Counted from the first letter of the stretch, positions 1-10,535 are shown. The stretch is 64,000 bases of DNA from Bacteroidales bacterium (GCA_963663125.2 CAXXNW010000007.1:1327408-1391407), one strand, 5' to 3'. Notes: generated by a model from the letters alone, not told the origin. Made by a program: numbers and translations.

Positions 1-1078
1 TGTTGGAATAAAACCTGAGTATTTTCAAAAGGTTTTTGAACCTTTTGGTATATCTTCAGATAAGAAGAAGGGACACTTCCCCGGATACCGGTCAACAGGG
101 CTTGGTCTTGCCGTTACAAAGGGTCTGGTCGAATTATTGAAGGGAACCATTAAGTTCGAAAGTGGCCCTGATACAGGAACAAAGTTTATTTGTGTTTTTC
201 CTGATGTGCATCAGATAAGTTCTGTTGAGTTACTTAATGAAACGTCTGAAGTGTTAAATGAATACAGTTTCATTGATGACGCCAATACTGAAAAACAAGT
301 TGAAAATAAGGAAATCTCAACAAGAATACCACTAATCCTACTGGTGGATGATGAACCCGAAGTTCTGACATTACTTAGAAATTTTCTGCAAGCCGATTAT
401 AAAATCATCACTGCCGAGAATGGCGTTGAAGCATATAAAAAAGCTTTATCAGACAAACCGGATTTAATCGTTTCTGATGTAATGATGCCCGAAATGGATG
501 GCATTGAATTTTGTGGAAGACTTCGCGAAAACTTCGATACCAGTCACCTGCCGCTCATTCTTCTGACTGCCAAAGCTGAAATAGAAGATAGGATTGTCGG
601 TTTGAAAGCCGGTGCTGATTCATATATCCCCAAACCCTTTCACCCTGAACATTTAAAGGTGCGTATCGAGAAACTCTTGCAATTGAGGTCTAGTATTAAA
701 ATCCATTTCGGTCAAACGGACAACAATCCCGCCTTGGTAAAAGAGATACCTGACCCGTTTTTTCAAAAGATGCTTCGTTATATTGATGAGAACATTGATG
801 ACGAAAGACTATCAGCGGAAAAGCTTTGTGAAAAATTTTCTATCAGTAAGTCATCCCTATATAACAAAACGAAATCAATACTTGGTGTTACTCCTCATAG
901 TTTGATAAATCAACGTCGGTTAAGTAAAGCAACGATCCTTCTTAAGTCAACCACATTAACAGTAAGTGAAATCATCGACCAAACCGGTTTTATCAGTAGG
1001 ACATATTTCTATGAGTTATTTAATAAAGCTTATGGTTGTTCACCTTCTGACTTTAGAAGCAGCTCGATGAAAAATTAG
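1..1078 (+). CDS. Hybrid two-component system (HTCS) sensor kinase/response regulator, C-terminal part (end of HATPase_c, receiver domain, AraC-type HTH); 5' end lies outside the window
   Basis: Frame 2 is open from nt 2. It translates VGIKPEYFQKVFEPFG...YRSTGLGLAVTKGLVELLKGTIKFES (G2/ATP-lid end of HATPase_c). A receiver domain follows (ILLVDDEPEV...DLIVSDVMMPEMDG...LLTAK), then an AraC HTH (LSAEKLCEKFSISKSSLYNKTK...TGFISRTYFYELFNKAYGCSPSDFR). The ORF-track start at 137 is an internal TTG. Confidence 0.85.
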   Translation, partial: VGIKPEYFQKVFEPFGISSDKKKGHFPGYRSTGLGLAVTKGLVELLKGTIKFESGPDTGTKFICVFPDVHQISSVELLNETSEVLNEYSFIDDANTEKQVENKEISTRIPLILLVDDEPEVLTLLRNFLQADYKIITAENGVEAYKKALSDKPDLIVSDVMMPEMDGIEFCGRLRENFDTSHLPLILLTAKAEIEDRIVGLKAGADSYIPKPFHPEHLKVRIEKLLQLRSSIKIHFGQTDNNPALVKEIPDPFFQKMLRYIDENIDDERLSAEKLCEKFSISKSSLYNKTKSILGVTPHSLINQRRLSKATILLKSTTLTVSEIIDQTGFISRTYFYELFNKAYGCSPSDFRSSSMKN

Positions 1079-1339
1079 CAACATTCTTTTAAGGAAATTA
1101 CTACATTCCTAGTCGTATCTTTCCTAAAAGATCAATAGTTTCCCGATGGACTTTATCATCAGTATTAAGCGATATATCTCAAGAATTAGACTTAAGGATA
1201 ATTACACAAGAGTTTCCTTTGGGCTGGTCAAAGTTTCCTTAAACTTATTCATTTTGTACTATATAGAACAAGATCAGGAACAGGGCGGACACAGGTTTGA
1301 TAGAATCGAATGTAGATTTGTAGATCAAAACTGATTATT

Positions 1340-2383
1340 ATGGATATCTCAAAACGATTCAAGCAGAACCCACTTCTTCGTCCGACAGATTTGAAACCCG
1401 GTATTGAAGGTATGGAAATAGTTTGCCTGCTCAATCCAGGAGTTTTTCAATTTGATGGGAAAATCTGGCTACTATTGCGTGTTGCTGAAAGGCCCAAACA
1501 GATTGAAGGTAGAATCAGCTTTCCAGTATATAATAATATAGGTAAAATTGAAATTCTGAACTTTGATAAAAATGATCCCCTCTTGGATGCTTCCGATCCA
1601 CGGATAATTAAATATAAGAATAAGGATTATCTTACTACCCTCTCATACTTACGATTCGTTTGCAGCGATGATGGGGTTCGTTTTTATGAACCTGATGGTT
1701 ATCCACCCATTTTTGGTAAAGGGGAATTGGAAACTTTTGGAATTGAAGACTGTCGGGTAGCCACTATGGCAGATGGTTTTGCTCTTTCATTTACCGAAGT
1801 ATCTGAATTCGGGGTTGGCGTAGGTTTGATAAGGACCAAAGACTGGAAGGCCTTTAAACGTGAAGGCATGATTTTTCCGCCTCATAATAAGGACTGCGCC
1901 ATCTTCGATGAAAAGATAAACGGAAAATATTATGCCTTACATCGTCCCAGCAGTCCCGAATTGGGCGGAAACTATATGTGGGTAGCTGAATCGTCCGATT
2001 TGATTCATTGGGGAAACCATAAGTGTATTGCCACCTCTCGAGCCGGTATGTGGGATTCTGCGCGTATTGGAGCAGGTGCAGCACCTATCAGAACCAAGCA
2101 GGGCTGGCTTGAAATTTATCATGGAGCCAGTAATGATCACCGCTATTGTCTGGGGGCCATGCTACTTGATATCAATGATCCTTCAAAAGTTCTTGCAAGA
2201 AGTATAAGCCCGATCATGGAGCCCATCCAACCCTATGAACAGACCGGCTTTTTTGGTAATGTTGTTTTTACCAATGGCCACTATGTGAAAGGTGATGATA
2301 TCTTTCTGTATTACGGGGCAAGCGATGAAGTGATTTGTGGGGCTAAGCTCTCTATATCTGAAATACTTTCTACCTTAATCTAA
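1340..2383 (+). CDS. Glycoside hydrolase family 130-like protein (beta-mannoside phosphorylase/glycosidase fold), no signal peptide
   Basis: 347 aa. Motifs I associate with GH130 (PF04041): NPLLRP..NPGVFQFDGKIWLLLRV, GIEDCRV, ALHRP, IGAGAAPI, IYHGA, LYYGASDEVICGA. There is no N-terminal hydrophobic signal. It sits next to the HTCS and SusC/D. Confidence 0.7.
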   Translation: MDISKRFKQNPLLRPTDLKPGIEGMEIVCLLNPGVFQFDGKIWLLLRVAERPKQIEGRISFPVYNNIGKIEILNFDKNDPLLDASDPRIIKYKNKDYLTTLSYLRFVCSDDGVRFYEPDGYPPIFGKGELETFGIEDCRVATMADGFALSFTEVSEFGVGVGLIRTKDWKAFKREGMIFPPHNKDCAIFDEKINGKYYALHRPSSPELGGNYMWVAESSDLIHWGNHKCIATSRAGMWDSARIGAGAAPIRTKQGWLEIYHGASNDHRYCLGAMLLDINDPSKVLARSISPIMEPIQPYEQTGFFGNVVFTNGHYVKGDDIFLYYGASDEVICGAKLSISEILSTLI

Positions 2384-2774
2384 CTAATCCTTAGATACAA
2401 TTATTCCAAAGCTAACCGTTGGGTTCGGACCAAACCGATACCTGATGATACACAACTTCCGTCTTGGATAAAATCCGCAATTCTTTTTTCGGACTTAGGT
2501 TGCTCTTCTTTACACTTACTTTTTTTAATACTGAATATGTTACATGTCAATAACAAGTTAACAGATCTTTTTCTTTACCTGTTTACTATATTAAACTATT
2601 CATTTCCCTTTAGTTAACAACTAGTTGGGGCATCTGCCAAAGGATTGTATTGGAATGTTTTTATTTTGATGGCCAGGGAAGTGGCAGGATTGAGAACACC
2701 TAATATGGATTCTGATTATAAAGAAAATAAATAGCTAAAATAGCATGAATCAAATCTAACTAATAATTAACCAA

Positions 2775-5700
2775 ATGAAACCGAAAATTACAATTTTCAA
2801 TTATGTATGGCTTGTACTGCTGGTTATTGCATTAACAAGTCAGGGACTCTTTGCCCAAACTAAAATTACCGGAACGGTTAAAGATGCAAAGGGAGTAAGT
2901 TTGCCGGGAACAACGGTAACCCAATTAAACTCTAACAATGGTACTCTTACTGATGCGCAGGGTAATTATACTATCACTCTGAAAGCCGGTGGTGCACAAA
3001 CGCTCGTTTTTACTTTTATTGGATTTTTACAGCAAACAGTTCCATATACCGGAAATCCTGTTATAGATGTTGTTTTAAAAGAGGATCTGATAATGTTGAA
3101 TGAAGTGGTGGTAGTAGGTTATACCACTCAAAAGAAAGCCGATTTAACAGGATCTGTTAGTTCGGTAAATATGGCTAATGTGGAACAACGAAGAGTCTCT
3201 GATGTAGCTCAGATATTACAAGGGCAAATTGCTGGTGTGCAGGTTACACAAAGTACGGGAGCACCGGGTGATGATATCAGTATTCGCATCCGTGGTGAAG
3301 GAACAATAGGAAACAATAGTCCGCTTTTTATTGTGGATGGTGTCCCTTCGCGTGAAATCTCTTTTTTAAATCCAACAGATATACAGTCGATGACTGTATT
3401 AAAAGATGCAGCAGCAGCCGCAATTTATGGCTCAAGAGCTTCGGCCGGTGTAATTGTAATTACCACTAAAAGTGGCGTAAAGGGGAAAGCCAGTTTAGAC
3501 ATTAATTATTATAATGGTATTCAAAAAGTGGCCCATCTTCCAACCTTGCTCAATACTACCCAGTACATGAATAAAATGGAAGAAAGCTGGAATAATTCAG
3601 GCTACTCCGGTACAAATCCTTACACCGCAGATAAATTAAAAACGAATCTGGCAAACACCGATTGGTTGAATGAATTATTCGTACTAGGTAAAACTCAAAA
3701 CCTGCAAGTATCAACTAGTGGCGGTACAGACAAAATTCAATATCTTATATCAGGTGGTTACTATGATCAGGATGGTATTGTGGTTTATGGTAATGATAAA
3801 TATAAACGGTTTAATTTCAGAACAAATATCAATGCAAATATTACTGATCGTTTCTCGATAGGAACTAATCTACAGCTATCTAATACTGTTCAAGACAAGA
3901 TGTCTTCAAAAGGAGATGCTCCTGGTGTCATTCGGCATGCACTAATACGTCCCCCTGTAATAGCTGTTTATAAAGATAAAAATGATCCAACTTATAACGC
4001 AAGCGATCCATATACCGATCTTCCTTTTTATTCGGAGAATGTTCTTGCAAACGGGAGCTGGCAAAGTAATAAAAACAACTATGAACTCAGCAGCAACCCT
4101 ATTGCACTTGCTTATTTTACCAATAATCAGCGTAGTAATTTTAAAACCTTCGGTAATGTATATGCAGAATATGCATTCTTAAAGAACAAAGAATTAAAAT
4201 TCAGAACTAACCTTGGTGTCGATTTGAACTTTACACATAATAAAGCATTTAATCAAAATTTTGGCGATGATGATGGAGGTGGTACTACAGTAGACAAAGG
4301 ACTCGGTCGTCAAAATCGTCCGAATAATTTGAATGAAGACCGGGGACAGGAAACTACCATTACCTGGAACAACACATTGAATTATAATAAACGAATTCAA
4401 AAGCACACTTTCAGCGCGTTGGTAGGTAGCGAATTTATTACCAATCATTCGTCTTCTATCGGTGCATCACGAGAAAGGTTTGATTATATAACTTCTCCTT
4501 TTCAATACATCGATTATGGTGGTTCACAGACAGATTTATGGAACGGTGGTTCTGCCTCAGAATGGGCGTTATTCTCTGTTTTTGGTTCTGTAAACTATAA
4601 TTACGATAACCGTTTTTTACTTACCGGTAGTATTAGAGGTGATGCTTCATCCAGATTTGCCAAGAATAATCAATGGGGGTATTTCCCTTCGGCATCTGCC
4701 GGTTGGAGAATTTCGCAGGAAAAATTTATGCAGGATGTAAAGTGGTTATCTGACCTGAAATTAAGAGCCAGTACGGGAACGTTAGGTAATCAGGAAATTG
4801 ATAATTATTCTTATCTTACATTGTTGCGCCGGTCAGGTGATCAATATGTTATTTCACGTTATGGTAATCCTGATCTGAAATGGGAGTCTACCAAACAAAA
4901 CGATATAGGATTGGATATAGGGTTTCTTAAAAATAAAATTTATATTTCTGTAGATTATTTTAAGAAAACTACTTCAGACATACTATTACCGATCTCCTTA
5001 CCTGCTTTAGTAGGTAGTGTTTCACCAACCATTGTAAATGCTGGCACGGTAACCAATAAAGGTTTTGAACTAGGACTTAGTTTTAAAAACAGTGACCATG
5101 CATTCAAATATAATGTCAATGCTAATATTGCAACAGTAGCAAATATGGTTGATAAACTACATCCTAATTTACCGAGCATTGTTGGAGCCGTTTCGAAAAC
5201 AGAAGTTGGCCATCCGCTAAACTCTTTTTACGGATATCAAATGATTGGTATTTATCAGAATCAGAATGAGATAAATACATATTTAAAGGGTACACCTAAT
5301 CCTTCTGAAAAACCGGGAGATATCAAATTTAAAGACATGAACGGCGATGGTATCATCAATGATAACGATCGTACCTTCCTGGGAAATCCAAATCCAAGAC
5401 TTACATATGGTTTGAATCTATCAGCCAGTTATAGAGGCTTCGATATCGCAGTGCTTTTTCAGGGTGTAAAGGGTGTTGAAAAATACAATGATCTTAAAAA
5501 GATTCTTGATTATGATACTCGTCCATTTAATCATACAACAGCAACATTAGGCGCATGGCATGGCGAAGGTACCAGCAATACTATTCCACGTTCTACTTTT
5601 AATGACAATGGCAGTAGTAAAGTGTCCAGTATTTTTGTAGAAGATGCTTCTTATTTAAGACTGAAAAATATTGAGATTGGGTATACATTAACCTCTTTTT

Positions 5701-5870
5701 TCGGAAAATCAAACCCTGTATTTAAGAACTTACGGTTATATGTATCTGCTCAAAACCTGTTTACAATAACAAAGTACACAGGATTGGATCCTGAATCAGT
5801 TGATATTATTGACCAAGGAACTTATCCACAATCAATAGCAGTTTTATTTGGCGTCAATATTAAGTTATAA
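2775..5870 (+). CDS. SusC/RagA-family TonB-dependent outer-membrane transporter
   Basis: 1031 aa. Signal peptide, then a carboxypeptidase-regulatory-like domain (KITGTVKDAKGVSLPGTTV), a plug (VVVVGYTTQKK, MTVLKDAAAAAIYGSRASAGVIVITTK), and a C-terminal barrel ending ...FGVNIKL. A SusD gene follows directly. Confidence 0.95.
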   Translation: MKPKITIFNYVWLVLLVIALTSQGLFAQTKITGTVKDAKGVSLPGTTVTQLNSNNGTLTDAQGNYTITLKAGGAQTLVFTFIGFLQQTVPYTGNPVIDVVLKEDLIMLNEVVVVGYTTQKKADLTGSVSSVNMANVEQRRVSDVAQILQGQIAGVQVTQSTGAPGDDISIRIRGEGTIGNNSPLFIVDGVPSREISFLNPTDIQSMTVLKDAAAAAIYGSRASAGVIVITTKSGVKGKASLDINYYNGIQKVAHLPTLLNTTQYMNKMEESWNNSGYSGTNPYTADKLKTNLANTDWLNELFVLGKTQNLQVSTSGGTDKIQYLISGGYYDQDGIVVYGNDKYKRFNFRTNINANITDRFSIGTNLQLSNTVQDKMSSKGDAPGVIRHALIRPPVIAVYKDKNDPTYNASDPYTDLPFYSENVLANGSWQSNKNNYELSSNPIALAYFTNNQRSNFKTFGNVYAEYAFLKNKELKFRTNLGVDLNFTHNKAFNQNFGDDDGGGTTVDKGLGRQNRPNNLNEDRGQETTITWNNTLNYNKRIQKHTFSALVGSEFITNHSSSIGASRERFDYITSPFQYIDYGGSQTDLWNGGSASEWALFSVFGSVNYNYDNRFLLTGSIRGDASSRFAKNNQWGYFPSASAGWRISQEKFMQDVKWLSDLKLRASTGTLGNQEIDNYSYLTLLRRSGDQYVISRYGNPDLKWESTKQNDIGLDIGFLKNKIYISVDYFKKTTSDILLPISLPALVGSVSPTIVNAGTVTNKGFELGLSFKNSDHAFKYNVNANIATVANMVDKLHPNLPSIVGAVSKTEVGHPLNSFYGYQMIGIYQNQNEINTYLKGTPNPSEKPGDIKFKDMNGDGIINDNDRTFLGNPNPRLTYGLNLSASYRGFDIAVLFQGVKGVEKYNDLKKILDYDTRPFNHTTATLGAWHGEGTSNTIPRSTFNDNGSSKVSSIFVEDASYLRLKNIEIGYTLTSFFGKSNPVFKNLRLYVSAQNLFTITKYTGLDPESVDIIDQGTYPQSIAVLFGVNIKL

Positions 5871-5894
5871 TTCACCTGTATTAAAACAAAAAAA

Positions 5895-7382
5895 ATGAAA
5901 TCGATATATAAAATACTGGCTGTACTGTTAATTATTTGCAGTGTCAGTTGTAAAAAGGAATTGTATAAGGATCCGATTGGTTTATTAACGCCGGATCAGA
6001 TTAACACCGACCCTAAGCTGGGAACCGTTAAAAGTTCTGTATTATCTTCATATCAGATGCTTTCAAGTACACTCAATCTTATTGGTAATTGGGGCTGGGA
6101 TGATGGTACGGTTCTTCGTGGCGATTTTATTTTGCAGGATATCGCTTCGGGCGATATGCAAAAGAAATGGAATCCGGATGGCGACCAGGCATGGATGGAC
6201 CAATTCTCTGATTTTAGTTTTACCGCTTCCAATGGTGGGTTTAATGGCCAGTGGAGTTATGATTTTGAAGGGATATCAAGAGCTAATGTGGCAATCAGTT
6301 ACTTAACAAATGATGCAATAATAGCTAAAATCGGTATTGATGAACCTACTAAGAAAAATCTATTAGGACAAGTCTATTTTTTAAGAGCTTTTTATTATTT
6401 CGATTTGGTGAATTTATATGGAGATGTCCCATTGTTACTAACACCGTTAAAATCCTTTTCTGATGCATATAATGTAGCTAAAAGAGAAAAAAAAGCAAAT
6501 ATTTACATCCAGATCAGTAAAGACCTTGATGCCGCTAAATCACTGTTACCTGACGGTAAATATTCAGATGCCACAGAGAAATGGAGAGCATCTAAAGGTG
6601 CAGTGATGGCTTTACAAGCGAAAGTAGCTTTATACAATCAAAAATGGTCAGAAGTTATTAGTATTATAACCGCCATGGAAGGGTTAAACTATTACAGTTT
6701 AAATGCTAATTATTTTGATAACTTTAGTGTGAGTAAAGAATTTGCAGAAAACGAAGTGATCTTTGCTTACGATCACAAGCAGTCGCAAATCCCAGCTAAT
6801 GGTAATGGCCTTTGTGCTTTGGCAGGATGGGGATTTATTGCACCCACAACAAATTTCATCAATGCGTTTGAAGCCAACGATCCAAGATTAGAATATACAG
6901 TTGACATTGCCAGTCAAAATGTATATAAACTATATGGTGAATTAAATAGCGGCAATAAAGGCAATGATGATGCGCCCAGTAACAAAATATATATTCGCTG
7001 GGCAGATGTAATGCTTTGGAAAGCAGAAGCTTTAAATGAAACAGGTAGCTATTCTGCAGCCATTGCAATTATCAATAATATAAGACAGCGTGCACGACTA
7101 TCTATCACGGCCGCCGGTACTTTTCCTCCTGCCGGTACACTTCCTGATAGAAACATAGCATCCACCGACAAAACTCAGATAACAAATTGGTTGATACAGG
7201 AAAGAAGAGTTGAGTTAGGTTTTGAGTCGCAACGATTCAATGATCTTAAGCGCTGGAATTTAGCTAAGAGTTTCTTAACCGGCCTAGGTAAAAATTTTCA
7301 GGATAAAAATTACCTCTATCCAATTCCACAAGGTGAAATTGATAAATCAGGTGGAAGCATAACACAGAATCCTGGTTATTAA
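5895..7382 (+). CDS. SusD/RagB-family nutrient-binding lipoprotein
   Basis: 495 aa. Lipobox LIICSVSC. SusD-like motifs are present (FLRAFYYFDLVNLYGDVPL, ERRVELGFESQRFNDLKRW, YLYPIPQGEID). It starts 24 nt after SusC. Confidence 0.92.
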   Translation: MKSIYKILAVLLIICSVSCKKELYKDPIGLLTPDQINTDPKLGTVKSSVLSSYQMLSSTLNLIGNWGWDDGTVLRGDFILQDIASGDMQKKWNPDGDQAWMDQFSDFSFTASNGGFNGQWSYDFEGISRANVAISYLTNDAIIAKIGIDEPTKKNLLGQVYFLRAFYYFDLVNLYGDVPLLLTPLKSFSDAYNVAKREKKANIYIQISKDLDAAKSLLPDGKYSDATEKWRASKGAVMALQAKVALYNQKWSEVISIITAMEGLNYYSLNANYFDNFSVSKEFAENEVIFAYDHKQSQIPANGNGLCALAGWGFIAPTTNFINAFEANDPRLEYTVDIASQNVYKLYGELNSGNKGNDDAPSNKIYIRWADVMLWKAEALNETGSYSAAIAIINNIRQRARLSITAAGTFPPAGTLPDRNIASTDKTQITNWLIQERRVELGFESQRFNDLKRWNLAKSFLTGLGKNFQDKNYLYPIPQGEIDKSGGSITQNPGY

Positions 7383-7401
7383 AAATTGTACGGTAAACGG
7401 G

Positions 7402-7450
7402 AAAGGGAGTTAATTTAAAGTTCTACTAAAACATTGAATTAACTCCCTTT
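7402..7450 (+). promoter_or_regulatory. Perfect 14-bp-stem hairpin between susD and the MFS gene (possible partial terminator or RNA-stabilising element)
   Basis: aaagggagttaatt (7402-7415) is the exact reverse complement of aattaactcccttt (7437-7450). The loop is 21 nt and no T-tract follows. Confidence 0.55.
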
Positions 7451-7550
7451 AATACAGGTTTAAAAAACTATACGAACCAATAAAGACTATGGTTCCGGAT
7501 ACTCCGTTTCCGAAATGCTTTCTGCCATTACTTAACTACCGCTAAACAAA

Positions 7551-8804
7551 ATGATTAAAAAACTGATTGCCGAGTTCCGTTTTTTCCAATCAATGCCGCA
7601 TAATATGCGAGTGTTGCTTATTACCAATATGTTGTATGCCTTGGTATTACCTGTGGTGGAGATATTCATGGCTGCTTATATTATGCGTTATTTTGCCGAT
7701 ACCAGTTATGTGGCCATTTTCCAAGTAGCTATGTATACCGGCATTATTATCACTTCGCTAACGAATGGTTTCTTGCTGAAAAGTTTCAAGGTCGCTCATC
7801 TTTACAGTTTTGGAATTCTACTGAGCGGGTTATCCATGGTTGGGATGATGTTTGTAAAAGATATTACGCTGGTTGGATTAATTATTTCGGGTATGCTCAT
7901 TGGTGCGGCATCCGGGTTCTTTTGGACCAACCGTTACCTGATGGCGCTAAACACGACTAAGGATGAAAATCGCAATTATTTTTTTGGACTTGAATCGTTC
8001 TTTTTTACTATTTCAAATATCATCATCCCACTGGCTATTGGCGCTTTGCTTGCCTCAATTGATGGGATGCATTTTTTAGGAATCGTTTTCAATATTTATA
8101 AAGGCTATCGTATCGTAACACTTATTGTGTTTGCAATTACTATTCTGGCTTGTTTTTCACTTGCTCGGGGTAAATTTGAGAACCCTGTTCAGAAAGATTT
8201 CTTGTATTTTCGTTTCGACAGACTTTGGAACAAACAAATTTTGCTTGCAGTCCTTAAGGGTCTGGTACAAGGATTTCTGGTTACCGCTCCTGCCATGCTC
8301 ATTATGAAATATGTGGGAAAAGAGGGCTCGCTTGGTTTGATTCAAGGAATCAGTGGAGGATTAACGGCTATTCTCATCTATCTGTTGGGTCGTTTTGCCA
8401 AACCAAAACATCGTATTCTCATTTTTGGTGTGGGTATTATACTCTTCCTTATTGGAACCGTTGTCAATGGCATTGAGTTATCGATGTTCGGAGTAATGGT
8501 ATTTGTTTTATGCAAAGTATTTTTCCAGCCTCTGCATGACTTGGCTTATTATCCTATTATGATGAAAGTGATCGATGTTGTTTCAAAACGTGAAAAACGG
8601 AATCAATATGCCTATATCCTTAATCATGAATTTGGTCTATATGCCGGAAGAGTTGCCGGATTGGGCTTATTCATCTTCCTGGCATTTTATGTTTCTGAAA
8701 CCTTTGCACTTCGCTACTCCCTAATTATTGTTGCACTGCTGCAAATGCTTTCAATCCCATTGGCAAAAAACATTATGAAACATTCTTATTCTGAAGATAA
8801 ATGA
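7551..8804 (+). CDS. MFS-type inner-membrane transporter
   Basis: 417 aa, almost entirely hydrophobic, with about 12 predicted helices. It sits in the PUL after SusC/D. Its stop overlaps the next start (ATGA at 8801-8804). Confidence 0.75.
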   Translation: MIKKLIAEFRFFQSMPHNMRVLLITNMLYALVLPVVEIFMAAYIMRYFADTSYVAIFQVAMYTGIIITSLTNGFLLKSFKVAHLYSFGILLSGLSMVGMMFVKDITLVGLIISGMLIGAASGFFWTNRYLMALNTTKDENRNYFFGLESFFFTISNIIIPLAIGALLASIDGMHFLGIVFNIYKGYRIVTLIVFAITILACFSLARGKFENPVQKDFLYFRFDRLWNKQILLAVLKGLVQGFLVTAPAMLIMKYVGKEGSLGLIQGISGGLTAILIYLLGRFAKPKHRILIFGVGIILFLIGTVVNGIELSMFGVMVFVLCKVFFQPLHDLAYYPIMMKVIDVVSKREKRNQYAYILNHEFGLYAGRVAGLGLFIFLAFYVSETFALRYSLIIVALLQMLSIPLAKNIMKHSYSEDK

Positions 8805-10522
8805 AAAAAGTAGCGCTCTTAATCACAGTACTGGCATTATTGGCCGGATTATATTCCTGTAAGGCACAAATGGGCGAACCTGTTGTACAGACCTCTCTGC
8901 CACGTATCGATCAGATGCCAGATATTCCACGTCCACTCAAGATTATCGACTGGAAGAAAAAAACAACACAATTCGACAGTCTTGTTTTCAATTTGAATAA
9001 TCACGCATCTTATGGTCCACTTATGTGGCTTGACAGTTCCAGACGAAACATCAATCAGGTTACTTTCGGAATTTATACCGTGATAGGTGATGTACGTCAA
9101 GGCCCAAAGAAAAACAACGGTGAGTTTCATGAGGCGCTCACCTCGCTGAATTCATTATTAAGTGCAGGATTAATAGGAATAGATAAAACCAACCAACATG
9201 GTTTTAACTATGTGAAAATGGCACAGAACTATTTTAACAGCGATAATAAATGGAATATTGTAATGAATAACACGAATCCGAGTGTAGCTTTAGCCGGAGG
9301 CGGTTATGGCCGCGACTGGTGGTATGATGTTTATCCTAATGTGTTATATTACGGGGTTGCTGCACTTTTTCCCAAAGTAGCGAATACCGAATTTATACAG
9401 CGCACTGTAGCCGAACAATTCTATAAAGCCGATTCAGTGTTGAACGGAAACTATGATTATTCCTATTTTGATTATGCAAAAATGAAAGGTATGCGTAACC
9501 AGATTCCTTTTCAACAAGATGTCGCCGGTGGACAAGGTTGGGTATTGTATTCGGCATACCATAAATTTGGTGACATACGCTATTTGAAGGGGGCTAAAAG
9601 TGCCATACAGACTTTGGTTAATCAGAAAGAAAGCCGCTTTTACGAAATTTTGTTGCCTTTTGGCGCATATACAGCAGCACGCTTGAATGCAGAGAATGGA
9701 ACTACTTATAATGTAACTCAATTATTGAATCAAATCTTTGATGGTTGTCAGTCAAAGGATGGCCGATATGGGTGGGGTGTGATTGCTGAAAAATGGGGCG
9801 ATTATGATGTGGATGGTCTGCAAGGAAGTATTACCGATGGTGGAGGTTATGGTTTCTTTATGAATTCTGTTGCAATGGCTTGGCCACTAGTTCCGATGGT
9901 AAAATACGAACCACAATATGCCAGGGCTATTGGAAAATATATGTTAAATGTAGTCAATGCATCACGTTTATTCTATCCGGATCAGGTTGACAATGCGCAT
10001 CAATGGCTCCCTGAGCTAAAGAACCTCACCCATGGGATTATCGGATATGAGGGTATCCGTAAGCGTGATGATTATAACAATCCGGTACTGAAAGGGATGT
10101 CACCTGTTTCTATTGGCGACGGCCCCAAGTGGGCATCTGGTCAACCTCGTGAATCCATGTTCAGTCTTTATAGCACATCTATCGTTGGTGTTTTCGGAGC
10201 AATTGTTAATAAAACGGAAGTTGAAGGAATTCTAGCGCTCAATTGTAATGTCACCGACTTTTACGGCGAAAACAAGTATCCGGTTTATCTATATTATAAT
10301 CCTTATAAGGAGGCTAAAAAAGTGACCTATTCATCGAAAAGTAACATTGATCTGTTTGATATTGTCTCGAAAAAGTATCTAGCTAAAGCAAAAAGTGGCA
10401 AAATAAGTATCCAATTACCGGCAAGCAAAGCCGTGTTAGTTGTGGCTCTTCCCGCTGGAACGCACCTTAAATCCGAAGGGACAAAAATAAAAGCTGGCAA
10501 AGTAGTTATCGCCTACAAATAA
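8801..10522 (+). CDS. Uncharacterised PUL-encoded lipoprotein (573 aa), candidate glycan-active enzyme
   Basis: Long ORF with lipoprotein signal MKKVALLITVLALLAGLYSC. Aromatic/Gly-rich segments (GGGYGRDWWYDVYPNVLYYG, GGQGWVLYSAYHKFGD, DGGGYGFFMNSVAMAWP). I recognise no named family. Confidence 0.6.
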   Translation: MKKVALLITVLALLAGLYSCKAQMGEPVVQTSLPRIDQMPDIPRPLKIIDWKKKTTQFDSLVFNLNNHASYGPLMWLDSSRRNINQVTFGIYTVIGDVRQGPKKNNGEFHEALTSLNSLLSAGLIGIDKTNQHGFNYVKMAQNYFNSDNKWNIVMNNTNPSVALAGGGYGRDWWYDVYPNVLYYGVAALFPKVANTEFIQRTVAEQFYKADSVLNGNYDYSYFDYAKMKGMRNQIPFQQDVAGGQGWVLYSAYHKFGDIRYLKGAKSAIQTLVNQKESRFYEILLPFGAYTAARLNAENGTTYNVTQLLNQIFDGCQSKDGRYGWGVIAEKWGDYDVDGLQGSITDGGGYGFFMNSVAMAWPLVPMVKYEPQYARAIGKYMLNVVNASRLFYPDQVDNAHQWLPELKNLTHGIIGYEGIRKRDDYNNPVLKGMSPVSIGDGPKWASGQPRESMFSLYSTSIVGVFGAIVNKTEVEGILALNCNVTDFYGENKYPVYLYYNPYKEAKKVTYSSKSNIDLFDIVSKKYLAKAKSGKISIQLPASKAVLVVALPAGTHLKSEGTKIKAGKVVIAYK

Positions 10523-10535
10523 TTATAGCATAGTG

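Noticed and set aside
1146-1434. Two small overlapping ORFs (62 aa on the plus strand, 61 aa on the minus strand) between the HTCS and GH130 genes.
   Set aside because: They are short, mutually overlapping and without motifs. The interval is the expected promoter/spacer of the GH130 gene.
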